Source of the DNA: Oikopleura dioica
Lineage: Eukaryota; Animalia; Chordata
DNA: 64,000 nucleotides
Assembly: GCA_907165135.1 (NCBI GenBank)
Contig: OU015569.1
Location: 7,688,001 to 7,752,000 of the forward strand
Direction: 5' to 3'
The translations under genes and the position numbers were made by a program. How positions within the stretch are numbered: position 1 is the stretch's first letter; the number at the start of each line of letters is the position of its first letter. Of this stretch, positions 9,836-23,609 are shown in pieces. The notes beneath the pieces are model-generated. The model ran no database searches. It saw nothing but the letters and a program-made list of their open reading frames with translations, and had not been told where the DNA came from.

Positions 9836-12452
9836 TCACAGGGTGGGGAGAATGACTTTGTTTCCGTCGTCGTCTTTGTGAACTTCTCGCAGTTGGCGTT
9901 CCATCTTAATGTTGTTCGACCAGCTGGACCCAATCGAGCTCAGGAAAATTCTTGAGTCAGCAGCTATTTCCATTTCGGTGAGCGAAAGTAGGTCCCAGCT
10001 TTCGGTTTCGTGCGTTTTGCACCCCTCTGGAAAGAAATTCTCTTTCAAGAACGGGATAACCTAAAATAGCAAATAAAAAAAAACTTTTCAATTAGTGCAA
10101 AGATTTCGTTTTTATCTACCCTTCACATTGTCTGATCCACTAATCGATCTCAGTAAATGTGGAATTAGTAAAAAAAGGAGCGAATTAAAGCGCTATCGTA
10201 AGATAATCTTTTTAAATAAATGAAAGGTTGGATTAGTTTCGGCGTAAAAGCAAAGTTTTCCCTCGTTCCCATTTCTTACTTCTGATTGAAGGACGACTTT
10301 GATGTCTGGCCGTGTTTTCGCGAGAAAGGCGCGACCTTTGTTGAGCATTTCGGTCTCCGATGGTGGCGAAGCAATGTAGATGCTGTTAACACCTTCCACG
10401 CTGTCAATAAATGCGGAAATTTGCTGAACAAGGTAAAGTGAGTTTATAATCCTTTTGACGTAATTTTACCGCTGTGAAAATTTCTGGCCGCTTCATCATC
10501 TCGATTTGTGTGCAGATGTCATCGAGCTTCTTTTTCTCCCTTTTGTGGGTTAATTTTACGGGTATTGTTACTTCCAATTTTCGCTTATTGTTTCCATAAT
10601 TAAACCTTTCCTTTTATCACAAGTTCCGTGAAGCCAGTCGCCGGAGTTGTATCTGAAATACTTCGTTAGTTAACTGCTAATTTAATGAAAATGAAATAAC
10701 ATCAAGTTCATCGGCAAACTCTTTTTACCTCCAGTGAAGAGTCACGTAATCTCCATTCAGTTCTTGCTTCTGGAAGGCTCGAGCGAGATCAACAACGAAT
10801 TGAGGCCGCCCCGTATGCGCTACAATTTGTTTAACTAACTCATAGTCCTCACCTTTTTCTTCGTCGCTCCCCAAAAATTAACTAAATTGTAAGGAAAAGC
10901 GAGCAGGGCGCATCGTTCTCTGTACGAATCCGCTCCTTTCGGAGTGTAGTCTGGCTTATCGTACGCTGAAAATTATTATGATCGCTGAGGAGGGAGAGGC
11001 CACTCACTAAGAGACTTCTGGACTATTTCGTCTTCGAGCAATTTATTGCTGCATCCGTGTTTGAATATTTCTTCGCCGTTCTCGTTCTTGCAAAATTCTT
11101 GGCCAAAAAACACGCACGACGCTTTGAAGCGCTTCACCGTTTCTGGTTTGCACATGCCGCCGACGTTGTAGATAGCATCAAAGTGAGGACATGTGTTGTT
11201 GTACTCCTCTGTGCTCAACACGGGCACGAGTTCTCTGAAAGTGAGGTTGACAAATTTTCACAGCGTTTATTCTTACCTGAGTTTTTGGATGTTGATTCGG
11301 AGGTACGGGTGAACTAGCGCGACTCCATCTCCTTCAGAACTCGGATCAGCAATATCATGCTTGAAGAAAGGCGATATCACAATTGATCTATTGAGCTTGA
11401 CGGCCGTGAAAACCATCTCACGCAAAGAAATAAGCTGGTTGTTCGGGCCGGCTACTCCAACTGTGTACTTTTACGGGATGAAATGTTAGATAAAAAATAA
11501 GGCGAGTGTCCTTTTCGACTCATTATTATTGGCAACTGAAAATGGATAACTGAAAGTAAATGAATACGTGAAAAGTTTACCGTATCTCTTGACCAGAGGA
11601 TAATTAAATGAAGGAATTTTGGCAAAAAGAATTTGCGCAAAAAACTTTTGGTAAGAACGCGAAAGAAACCGGAGCTTTTGATCTGATTTCCGCTTTGGCC
11701 CTCGTGCAGAAGTGCTTTATCCGGGATAATCTAATCCTTCCAACGTTAGCTTCGGGACTGGATCAAATTCAAAGCACGTTTTCTAACTTTCCCAAATTAA
11801 TCATCTATTCTTTGATTACGGATTACTCCTAGTAAAGCTCCATTTACTAAGACCGGAATAAGCGACGCCTCTCTATTTCGAGCGACCCAAAACAGAAAAG
11901 TAGTTACTCAAAATAACTAATCTTGCTTTGCCGTTTTCATCCCGTTCACAAAAATCTATCGTTTCTTAATTTGTAGATGGGTTCAACTGGAGTGTCCCAA
12001 GTTGCAGTATCTCTGACAGGACAGTTCTCATTCTCCTCAACAACACCAGTCGTCAATGCTGTCGTAGTTGTTGTACTCATCGTTGTCGTGGTTGCAGTTG
12101 CGGCTGTGTTTGTTGAAGTTTCTTCGACAGTTGACGTGAACTCGTTTTCGTGGATGATGAATTCCTCGTCATACAGAGATTCTTTTAAAGATTTTTCAAA
12201 CATAAATTATAAAAGCATGAGAAATAAGTGATGTTCTGACTTTAAACGCGCTAATAGGGAAATTATGATAAGATCCTTTCCTTCGTCGATAGCGGGTCTA
12301 AACTTCAGATGATGACTGGAACTTCTGGCGGTGGTGACAGGACTTTGAAACAGGTCTCCAGATGTCGTGTCGAGCAAGAGATAAAGGGATGAACGCTCTC
12401 TTAGCTGGAGAAAAAAGAGAAACACTATTCCAGAAAGGACAAAGATAACCAT
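9836..12452 (-). CDS. GDP-fucose O-fucosyltransferase family (PF10250-like) type II membrane protein with Thr-rich stem
   Basis: N-terminal TM (MVIFVLSGIVFLFFLQ), Thr-rich stalk (TNTAATATTTTMSTTTTT), GPNNQLISLREMVFTAVKLNRSIVISPF, YVTLHWRYNSGDW, IYIASP and EMEIAADSRIFLSSIGSSWSNNIKMER, matching the order of conserved POFUT/O-FucT motifs. An upstream exon may exist. Confidence 0.8.
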
Positions 12453-13551
12453 GTTTTTCCAATCATGACGAAAGACGCGAACTGAAATTTTGCAATAAGG
12501 AAACTTTTAAAGGCGATAGATGAAAATTCAACCATTTCATTACATAATGTAAACAATTTGTTTATTTTGCATTTAGAGGGCAATGCGTAACGGGAAAAAC
12601 TCTTTTTATCAAATTAATTCTAATTAACTCTTAGAATTTGTGCAGTATTTCAAACCTGAGGCTCCGAGCTCACAGCTGTCTTTCATTTTTTTATTCTCTT
12701 TTATCTATTTTCTTCGTTGATTTCTTTGTTTCGAATAATCTCTAGTCAGAGTGGAATTGAGAAAAAGATAAGGCGACTATAACTTCCGAAAATCACCTCG
12801 ATTTCTTATGTGTGCTAATGCATGATCGAGTTCCGACGTTTTTTTTTTCAGCTCCGAATTTCTCGCGGCGCTCCACCACCATCACTCAGGCTCGGGCGCG
12901 CGCGGTGGCACTCGCGAGTTGCTCTAGAAGTTTTTATCATGCATTTATTTCCCTAAGAACGTTGCGTAAACATTCATGTTCCATCAGATATTTCATTTTT
13001 CTTGCCATGATTTAGGGGTAGCTTACTTATGTGCCATATTGAAAATTTATGATATCAGAAAGATGCTTATTGGAATCAGATGTTTCAATGAATGAGAATG
13101 ATGCCGCGAATTCTAAAATGGCGAAATTAATTATTCGAGCAGAAAGTTGGCGCACATCGTTACTCTTTGCTACTCGAGTATGAATGATTTAGATGATGTA
13201 CTCGTTCTCCTGTACGAAAATGCAAAAAGAATAATTAATTCGGAATCAAATTAAGAGAAAAGAAAACATAATTTTCTCAATTGAATTTGTTAAGAAAGAA
13301 GCAACCAGAGATTCTAACAGGATTTTCTTTTGCTCGCAAAGGAGGTTTAGTGGATATAACCCCGGTTCCCCGGGTAGATTTTATTGGATTCATTTTTTGC
13401 GGCATCCGACATAATCGGCTTAATCATTTGCAAGCAGTTGGCAATCCGCGCCTATTCAGTATTTGACGAGAACACGAAAACTGAAGGAAAGAATTCATAA
13501 AATTTCTTTTAAAGTTATGAATTAATTAAGAACGCCGAAACGACAGATGAT

Positions 13552-14570
13552 ATGGCAGATGTACGTAAAGTTTCCTTTGTTCCTACCTATTCAGTAAGAC
13601 CTACTGTGCGCTGTCAAGTGCGTTCTCCATTAGATTCAACGCGCAATATACACATAGATCTACATGAACGGAAAAAGATAATTACCTTTTTGATGGGCCA
13701 ATTAATTCAGTTTAATATTGATGCGCTTCTATTTCCCCGGCTCCACTTATACAGATACTCATATGTTTTCGTCTGAGAGAGTCATAAACAAGCAAGTTTT
13801 TAGCACGTTTCTGGAAAGCATCGGGATCGTCGTTTTGTCTGCCTTGATATGCACGTTTGAAATACTATTTGAAATTATTATAAATTATCATTTCGACTTC
13901 ATTTTTTTAACAGAGAAAAATATTCCAAACTAAGAGACAGTTGCAATCGTAGTGTGCATACTCGCCAATGTTTTCTACACGGACATTCGCTCCAGCCTCA
14001 GCGTGAGCCCAATGCCCAGTCGTAAATACACTCCGCACTCGAGGGTGAGTTTCCTATTTATGCAAGAGCAGCACGTCGCTGGCGTCTTCACGTCGTTTTC
14101 CTGGAACATCTCAGATGTTACATCTGCCTCTTTACTTTCTTTTTAGTCCTGTCATCTCTCTCATTCGCCAAGCGCCTATGGCCAGGGTTAAGAATTGTTA
14201 CAGACAAGATTTATATTCAAGAGAGCTCCTTTCGAACCCTGATAAACGACCAAGATCATCTTCGGGAATGCAGGGTTCCGCCAATTTCCGCCTTTCGCAC
14301 CAACTTCAAGCTCCTCGAGAATCAGTAGGATGCGTGGTCAGTCCCTTTTCAAACAGTTCCCCTCACCCAGGTTCGCCCCAACCCTGCCCTGCCCCCCTTT
14401 CTTGACTATTTTGTTGAAATAACGATTTTCTTTAGATGTCACGTGAATGCGAGAGTCGCAAAAGAAGCTATGGAGAAGACTCTGTTATCGTCAATATGGC
14501 ACTGCAATGACAATTTCTTTAAAAACATTAAATTTTCAACTTCTGGAGACATTAATCGTTCCTGAATACT
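13552..14570 (+). CDS. Probable uncharacterised multi-exon gene
   Basis: Several GC-richer blocks bounded by GT/AG signals (13950-14045, 14070-14110, 14200-14330, 14435-14570) but no recognisable domain and no fully consistent model. Confidence 0.3.
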
Positions 14571-14679
14571 GCATCGCTATCTAAGGTTAATTATAGTTTG
14601 ATATCTAAAATTGGGACGATCATTAGTCTCTATCTCTAGCAGATTACACCGCAGCTGAGAAATTTTACGTGCCCTAACA

Positions 14680-17600
14680 TTAAAGATCGACTTCTCTTAG
14701 ACCATTCTTCGCTGAAGATAATGATTTATTCAATTACTTGCATTTGAAAATCCTAAAAAATGGATATAGCTATACATTTTTATCGAAGTTGGCGAGGTCG
14801 ACCGGCAGGTGAATTTTGCTATTATGCCCGTATTTCTCCAGCGATTTCGTTTTAGTGCATTTTATCAATTTACTCTTCGTCTCGTCGCTGAAAGGACAGT
14901 TTGAACGAGTAACTGAGTTGCCTGTTACCTCAGACTCGCCATTATTCTGCTTATGTAAATGTTGTTCTTCACTCCAAGATGAATGAAAAAGAATTTTTTA
15001 AGAGTTTTCTTGGATGTCCATCGAAGTCGCAATCGCTCACACGTTTTCGCCTAGAAGAAGAGATTGCATTATCTAATGCCGTAATTGGTCACTTACGGAG
15101 GGTAAATGCTCGCCCTTCGCCATGCCAGCCACAAAATAGATGGTGTAGTTCGGGTTGTCGAAGGTGGCCAGCTGCTCTTGCGCGTAATCCGCGAGACGAT
15201 TACTAATGTCTTCGTAATTTATCAATTTCTCGCTTGGCAAATCTCGAGCCGTCAGCATGAAAATCGGCACGTTATCTGGATCGTTTCCGATGTGTCTAAA
15301 TACGATATCAGTTGTTCTATAAGAACCGCCTACTTGAAAGAGTTCTTGTATTGTTTTAAAATTGGGTCGTCTAAGAATTGTGCATCTGCGTCATCGATGT
15401 CGCTCTCGTCGTCACTTAAAAGAATGAGCTTCAAAAATTATTTAATTGAACACAAACCTGATCTCCAGAAGAGTTTCGTTTTTCGTTGGTGAACTCGTCG
15501 ATGCTTTATTAGAAGCGGCTTCACTAAGGTCAACACTGTTCTGGGGCGTCAATGGAAGCCCAGATCCCCGGCTCCTACTGTCTGTTTGTCCTTCTCCCCC
15601 AGTTAATGATAAATCTGCCAAAGAACTAAGACCGCTGGAACTATGATTTCAATAAGTTTAAACTAGTTGCATTCAAAATATTCATCGGAACATTCTCTTT
15701 CATTAAAAGTAGTATTTTTGAGCTTTGTGGTTCGGAAACTTCCAAAGTAGCTTAGATACCCTTGAACCTTCCTTGTGGGTCGTTTAAAAACCACGAGAGT
15801 ACCAACGTCCTTAGAGATAAATCTGAAAATGGCCCGATTCATGTTCTAAAATAGGAGCTATAGAAACTTATTGAAATCTTGTCTTGAGTTCAAAGCATTT
15901 TGAACGTCTTTGGCGGCATTAGGATCAAGTGCAAATGATGGCTTCCGTTTTAACGTTTTTCCCTGTATGAGCATTCTAGTTTTAAGTTTATCCTGTTCGT
16001 CTAGGGAGCAAATTTAGCTGTCGAAGAATCTTAACTTGATTTACCAATGTCATCATCAACAATGAGGTTTTTTAGTTTATCCATTCAAAAAAACTTCGGA
16101 AATTATCTCTTTCTTAAAGAAAAAAGTTGTGTCGATGTTTTAGCAAAAGACGAAGAGTTCGCACATTGCTTTCGCATCTTTTTTCGGAGTGTAAACAAAG
16201 ACAAGAAATTCTTTCTCGAATCAAATTTATCCTTAATAATTGTTGACCTATTCGTTCTTCAGAGCCAATTTTCAACTTGGCTTTGAAATTAGAGGACGCT
16301 TCGGTGGTGTCTTTTTTCATTTTGGTTATTCCCTTTCCCAATCCCTGTGACTGGTTGAAATTGGATTAGTTTTTTCGCCATCTATTATTTCAATTCCATA
16401 ATGGAATTATCTTAGCTGGAGAATCTGATGGAGTGAGTTAAACCAGTTCCTGGCCCAAGTTTTTCAATTTAGACGAAGCACGTTTTACAGACGCGCTAGA
16501 ATTTTTAAGATAGCAGTTTATAGAGTTTTATACCTCGTAGCGTGTTGAACTGATTGGCCAACATTGCTCATACTAGCTGTTGCAATACTTCCACGTCTTA
16601 ACTCATGGTTCGCATATAAATCATTTGATAGAATTCCGCTATCACAGAAACTAGAGTAGACAACTTTCCATATTCAAACCGGCTCCTTGAGGACAAGGAG
16701 TGTTTGAGCTCGTCAAACTCATCACGCTCCCCTTTGTCTCGCAGATTTTTGATTTTTTGATCTACTTTTTTTGTTTGATCACCCAATTTTTTCGCAATGC
16801 TACTGATTTTGGAAGCTGCTATTGATCCGCGTCGGCGAGCTAGAATTAATAATCATTTCTATCTGATTCGGGATTATCTCGCTAACCCGAATTTTGTCCA
16901 TTCGGACTTTCATGCGATTGTTTCTGGCGCTTTCTTATAACGTCGACCGGCGGTAGAATGATATCTACTGGCATTTAGAATAGTTATGTAAGATATTATT
17001 AAAACCTTCGCCTAACTCCGCATCAATAAACTTTTGAAGAAAAGTTTCTAAGTAAGATTCTGACAATGTTTTCATATCGCAAGATGTCTTGAGCTCCTTA
17101 TCTTATTAATAGAGCTCGATATTTTCAGCCAAAATAGAAGATTTACTAAATTCAATGAGACCCGTTCATTTCGATTCCTTCTCCCAGTTACTTTCAAGTT
17201 CAGAAGCAGTTTCGAAGTCCTTCTTTAACAGAGCTAAAGAAGCATATCCATCACTTTTTATTGGAGCGAAATTGCCCCCTGAAATTGTTCTCTCTGTTTC
17301 GCTGATGTCATCTTCGCTCCATCGAAAGCCAAAATCCAATTTTCTAGCGTTTTTCTTTTTGATTTCTGAAAAGTCCATCGCTTCGAACTCAGAAGGATGA
17401 ACTAGCTGTCTTTTCTTCTTCGATTTGTGCTCAACCAGAGGCTTGATCAGATTGAGAACTCGCTGGTTCTCGATTATTGTGTTCATCGCCGCTTTTGAAA
17501 AACTAATTAAATTGTGAGTTGTAACACCTAAGTAAATTTCTACTGAATTAACTTTTCCTTTAATTGCTGTTTGTGCAATTATATCCACTATTTTGTCTTC

Positions 17601-17950
17601 GTGACTTCAAAATTGATTCCAATAACGATAATTTATCATGAAACCCGACGGTGTGCATCCGACTGGTGGAACTGCCGTCTTGACAAGAAAATTCCGGAAT
17701 CGTTTTGACTGAGTGTATAATCATACGTGGCTGGGAAGATCGAATATTAAACCACGTCTCAGGGTATATATTTTATGGACTGTTTGGTACATAGTCAGCA
17801 ACCATTGATTACAAAGATAACAGTACCGTACTGATTTAGGTTTTTATCTTATCTTATGAATCTGGGGCATCAAATCCTGAGCAATTCTGGAGTGACGTAA
17901 GCTGGATCCTCAGCAGGATGTTCGTGAACGGTTCCAAGCGGGAGTTGCTT
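14680..17950 (-). CDS. Large protein with C-terminal CRAL-TRIO/BCH (BNIP2/GDAP2-type) domain
   Basis: C-terminal exons: acidic DDESDIDDAD, HIGNDPDNVPIFMLTARDLP, NYTIYFVAG, KKTLKKFFFIHLG, SKLIKCTKTKSLEK...IHLPVDLANFD; upstream coding blocks at 16114-16450, 16600-17000 and 17166-17950 probably belong to the same gene; start not located. Confidence 0.55.
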
Positions 17951-19114
17951 CCGCATCATCCTAAAAATGCCTTCAACGGACGCTTAAAAATTCAAGAGCC
18001 TTAACCGGCCCAATTTTTCAAGGAAGTGCTTTTAATCATGTCAAGCTTTCTAGAAGAGATTGAGGAGTTGAATACAGTGCTTTCTTTTTCTGAATTTAAT
18101 TTGATCACCTTCGTGAACTTATCCTAGATCGGTATATTAAACGGTATAGCGTCACTTATACGTTCATTTCCCTAACGCTAGACTTCGACGACGTAAGAAA
18201 AATAATCCGAGCTCACGCCAAGGTCACCCGTTTAACCAAATGTTGCCTTTGTTTATCTGTGTTAGCACCGATTGGATCTTGTTATCTTGAACGTTCGTTC
18301 AATCTTACCTAAGGATAAGTTCACGACGACCCCCTTAAATATGACTTATAAGAAGTATCGTTACTTGAATAGATGATTATTTAATCAAGGAAAGAACAAT
18401 AATCAAAAATTAGAAAACTAACACGAAATTTGCTAACATCGTGAAACACAGACAGTAATCCCTTGCATCACGAGCGCGATTCTAATTCACAAAAAAACGT
18501 AATTTCTGTCACTTTCGAATTCATATTTTTGAATACACATTCTCATTATTTCTGATTGCGGGAAAAAGTTTGCATATAAAACTCACACGTTGTTTTACCC
18601 CTGGCAGGGTAAACTATTATTCTTCAAAACTTCCACATTTCGCAAGAAATTTAGAAATGAAACATTAAATATTTATAGTTACATCAAAGAAAGCCCAGCT
18701 ATAGTCTATTGATTTTAATTTAACCAGGGGACTTTTTAAAATAGTCTATTTTCTTCAGTAAAATAACGAAAATTGTCAATCATCATAGATTATTTTTATT
18801 ATAAATTAGTTGGCTACTAACAAGCTTAAGATTAGTTAAAGTCACCTCACTTATTGGACGATTAATGAAATTCTCTTGAAGAGCCACAAAATATGCAGTT
18901 TACTTTTCTTCAGAAAATGACGAATTTCTCACATTAGAGTTTCTCCCTTTGAGTTTGCCCTTACGAAGCGCATAACTATAAAGAAAAAAACATATTTTGA
19001 AATGAGCGTCTTCCTTGCTTGTTGACTGCTATCGCTTAAATTTGCAACGGTCGTGAGTACTGCAAATAAATTGAGGTTTAAGAGTCAGAACTGAAATTTT
19101 ATTTCAAGATTTGC

Positions 19115-22100
19115 TCAAACATCGAGCTCAAAGTCAGTTTTTGCTTGTTCTCGCAGTTCAACTTTTCGAATTTTGCCAGTAACAGTCAAGGGGTATTCTT
19201 CGACAAATTTGACATATTTCGGCACTTTCCAGTGTGTCATATTTGCCAGGCCAAACTGACGCAACTCTTGAGCAGTTAATTCAGCCCCGTTTACAAGTCG
19301 AACGTAAACGGCCACTTCTTCTCCTAGCCTTTTACTCGGGACCCCGACCACTGGAAGATGAAAGTTTATTTTTATGAATAATCTGTGACTTGCGCTCACC
19401 TTGTGCATCAGCAATGGCTGGGTGCTTGAGCAGAAAAGCCTCCACCTCCGCCGGGTAGATATTTTCTCCCCCTCGGATGATCATGTCTTTGCTTCTTCCC
19501 ACAATCTTTGCGTAACCACTTTCGTCCATCGTAGCCAAATCGCCAGTGTGATACCAACCATCTTTGTCTACCACTTCCGCAGTCTTCTCTGGTTCATTGA
19601 AATAGCCTTTGAACACGCAAGGACCACGAATGCACATTTCTCCTGTTTCTCCCATTTCGACTGTTCGTCCTGTCTCAGGCTCTACTAGCTTTGCTTCTGT
19701 ATGCGGCATCACACATCCGACTGTCGTTGTCCGTTGCTAAATTTGACAACATGAGAATCTCAAACTGTTTCTCCTTTGTCACACCTATTCTGTTCAAGTG
19801 CAATATAATATTGCCAATATTACACCAAAAAGACAACGTAAAAGTGATCTTTAGTTTCCATAAAAATCCAAAATACTAAACATGAATTTACCTGAAAAGT
19901 GCTTTGCGCAGTAGTCATAAACGTGATTGGAGAGTTTTCAGTTGTTCCATAAGCGACGAAGACTTACCAACGATTCGCTACTCAAGCTTTTTAAAGCTAA
20001 CTTCAACATATCCCGAATATGATATTCGATGGAACGTTATTAAGTTTAATTGGACGAGCATTTGTATTTACTTTAGTAATTAATAATTATCCATTTGGGT
20101 AGAACGCGCTCGCCGTGGCTTGAGCTCAAGAAGCCCTTTCCGTGAGGAGCATGCTCCGTTTCTAAGAGTTCGAGTAGACGGCAAACCGGCTAAAATTCTG
20201 GTGTGTCATTATTCGATAACAGCCAGGCGGTTTGCTACAAAAGTTGCTTCCCAGCGCGAACGCAGTGGAAGTACACAATTCTGAGGAATTGCGGAATATT
20301 GAATGACGAGATGGCGTGAATTAGGGGAGCAACTTTCCTAGCGCAGAAGCTCTTTATGGTGCTTTCTCGCGCGCGCAGTTTTTATTGATCTGCGCGTTAA
20401 CTTCAAAATCTTCTGCACATTGGGAGGAATATCTAACCTTATTCGTTAATTATGCTCCTAAAAGCACACATCTGAAAGATACTGAGAAACCGTGAGTCTT
20501 CAAAAAATACTTATTGCTAATCTTTTCACGTATTTGATTAACCAGATTCTGAAAAATAGAATAAATCAGATTTGAATCGTTTCCTTTGCAGCTGTAATAT
20601 TCGTCGAGATCTCTGAGAAGCTGTTCGGGACAAACTGCACCAGCCATGAGGCCTCTAATTCCCCCCTTCGGCGCGACGAACGTAGAACGTAACGGAGAAG
20701 CTGAAGAATTATTGCTGTGAAAAATTTAATTCAAAAATGACACGCTTTCAATTCTTGACGTGGCAAGACAAACCTAGCAAATCAACGAACATCGTTGGCG
20801 TCCCGTACCAGACTGTTGCGCCTTCGGTCTGGGCGGCTTCGAGACCGACATCGGCGTTGAAGGTCGGCGCTGGAATGACTAGCTTGCATCCGCGAGTGAG
20901 CATGAATAGATTGGCCATCACGCAACCGAAACAGTGGTAGAAAGGCGTGTTGACGAGAATCACGTCGTTTTCTGTGGATTGAATTCGCTCCGAGGAGCTT
21001 GCCTGGATGGCATTGTTGAGCACATTATGATGACTAAGAGTTGCACCTTTTGGGCTTCCTGTCGTCCCAGATGTAAACTGAACATTTACGGGGTCTTCGC
21101 TATCCAAAGACTGGATGATATTTTCAACTTCATTGAGATAAGAAGAGTCCTTTGTAGAGTTTAAAATTTGTCATGTTTCTAGCTGATAAAAATCGAATAT
21201 TCACGGAATATTTTCTCACTCTGTCCTGGTCAGCTCGAAAGTTGTCGAATGAAAACGTCGGCACGTTTGCAAGTCCGGAAAAATTCTTAAAAAGGTCAAT
21301 CTTGTTTTTCCAGCTTCTCGCCTTGCTTGATCGAAATCTCGTACCGGCTATAGCCAGTAGTTTTCGATTCAAAGAACTCAGTTTTTACATGATAGCTAAC
21401 CTGTCCAATGAATGCTACGAACTTAAGCTGATCCGATAATTGTGGGTTTTCTTTCAGTGTTTTTGTCAGGATCTCTTCGTATGGCTAGCTTCACGTTAGT
21501 ATTGGTCGAGGTTTTTAATTTCAACGGAATAAATGTATCTTATGCAGACGGCTTTTATAAATTAAAGTGGTCATTTGTTCGCTGTTTCTTCGCCACAACG
21601 CCCACAAGACTCTCAAGACATGTTACAGTTGTTTTGAAAAACGTCGACGGTTGGCTTATGACCACTGTGGTTTAACCTTGTTCTTGTTATGACGTTTCAG
21701 ATAGAAAACGAGTACCTGTCGGTTGTAGAAAGTGTCAGAAACAAGGGCGCGAATTTTGCACATGTGCAAAACGTAGGCTAGCTCGGCAGATTTGTACGAT
21801 GGGTTAACATTCACGAGGATAAGGCCAGCTTTGGCAGCGGCAAATTGCGTCTTATTTGCGGTTTCTTTTAATTTTGTCTTTCATTTTGATAGCTTTTGAA
21901 GATGGAAACCCGTTCCTCGATCCATTCTTCATGATTTGGCGCCCAAATTCCGATACACTCGCCAGGGTTTAGACCAGCAGCTTATAATGGCTTTGCCAAC
22001 GCATTTTTTCGGTAATTACGTTTAGATAAAGCCTTCCTAATAGCCCAGCCGCTATCCGATTTGTTCTAGCTTCGAAATCTTCAAAGGTAGAGCGTCGTTT

Positions 22101-22350
22101 AGTACTTGAGCTCGGGTGGTAAACATTATTTCGCCTCTATCGTTTTCGGTTAAAACAACATGGACCCGTTCCTGTGAAAAACATAAACTTCGCGGTCGGC
22201 AAATTTTTCGGTTATGATTCGTTGTTGCTACAATAATTTACGAGCGTCTACGACTCTTTTCAAAATATCCCATAACGTACTTAATGTAAATTTGATTTTT
22301 CAAATACCTGTGGAATGGTACGACCTTTTAAAGTTGTTCAAAAAAGTCAT
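19115..22350 (-). CDS. ACSF2: Mitochondrial medium-chain acyl-CoA ligase ACSF2
   Basis: AMP-binding signature QFTSGTTGSPKG, AYGTTENSP, GEMCIRGPCVFKGY, YHTGDL, IVGRSKDMIIRGGENIYPAEVE, TVTGKIRK; N-terminal MTFLNNFKRSYHST resembles a mitochondrial presequence. Confidence 0.92.
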
Positions 22351-23609
22351 TCTAACCGCTAGTGAACGATTAAACTTCTAAGATTGACTTCTATTATTTC
22401 TGTTTACTTGTTTTGAACGGATCCTACAAGGGGGTCACTGGCGCGCGCCGAGACGTAGGACTTTAAGAAACGCTTCGCTAGCCGTTTCTGCATCTTCTTC
22501 GGCCACTGGAATTCTCTTTGTCTCACCGCGTCAAGTCAAAAGCAGTGACTAATGGGCTCTTTGTTTGAACACGCCCCTGTATCAAGAAGTGCTCGAGGAA
22601 AAATCGGACAAAATTACAGCCATCGTTTGCTGCTCCCTGCGGCAATAGACCAAAAAATCATCTTGTAACTTATTAACAACTGAACGTATTTAAGAACATA
22701 TTGAAAACTAGGATAATTCAACAATGTCGTTGAAAATAAAAGAGCAGATTGTTTAATCTTAGTTAGAAATACAAAGTCTGCACTCGCGATTCACGAAAAA
22801 TCGTTTCCTGGATTTTCCAACTCTGTCTTGCAGTTATTTCTTTCCTCTTAGACATAAATCAACAAATTAAACTCAACCCAATTTGATCGGATTTTGATAA
22901 CTGAAATTGATTTATTTTTGTATAAATTGCGGAGCAGGCATCGGCTTTTCATTACGTCGATTCAAAGGAGTTCCCACGCGAAAAGCTAGAAATTATAGAG
23001 GAGTAGAGTGACCCTATCAATAGGTTGTCTCTTTGACATCGTACTGACAAAGACACGTATCTCGAAAATTTAAAAATTGAACCTTAAAATTGACTTTAGC
23101 AGGAAAGTTTAGAAAACCATTCAAAATATATATCGACACCTTTCCAGGGGTTTTTTTGCAATGTTGATTGATCAGAAAAACAAAGAGCTGAATGTTATCG
23201 TTACTAATATAACGGTACAAGGTTTTTGTTCCTAACATCAATGCGCAATCTTCTGAATCCAATCATTTTGCATCCCATAAACATCGATTTAGCAAGGACT
23301 TCAATAATATTTGGCGATTCTTCTGGACAAAGTGATGTCACATTAAGATTCGGGACTCAAAGTAAACCTTATTCGAGTTGCACGAGGTGTTATGACAAAG
23401 CCTGTAATCGATTTCGGAACAAGAACGTCTGTGTCAAGAAGTTGCAGGATCAGATTTAACGTTTAGAAAAAAGTCATATCTGCTAGGTAAGTTTTAACTG
23501 TAATCTCAAGCAACAGGAAAGAAAAGGATATTCAGTCTTTCATTTCAACGAAAAACCTTGTCGATCGAAGAATAAGGTAATTTTTGTACAGTTGAATCTC
23601 GAGTTGAGT

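Noticed and set aside
12570-13300. MITE-like sequence composition upstream of the fucosyltransferase gene
   Set aside because: No terminal inverted repeats or target duplication could be found; cannot be supported without a repeat library.
17590-18340. Possible macro domain upstream of the CRAL-TRIO domain (GDAP2-like architecture)
   Set aside because: Resemblances such as DLPSH/MIIHSV need several frameshifts or unplaced introns; too weak to call.
20095-20285. ~60-codon plus-strand open frame inside the long ACSF2 intron (nested gene?)
   Set aside because: No start codon, no partner exons and no recognisable motif.
22410-22520. Minus-strand peptide ...LKSYVSARASDPLVG reminiscent of a G-protein gamma subunit
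   Set aside because: No C-terminal CaaX and no coherent upstream exon.
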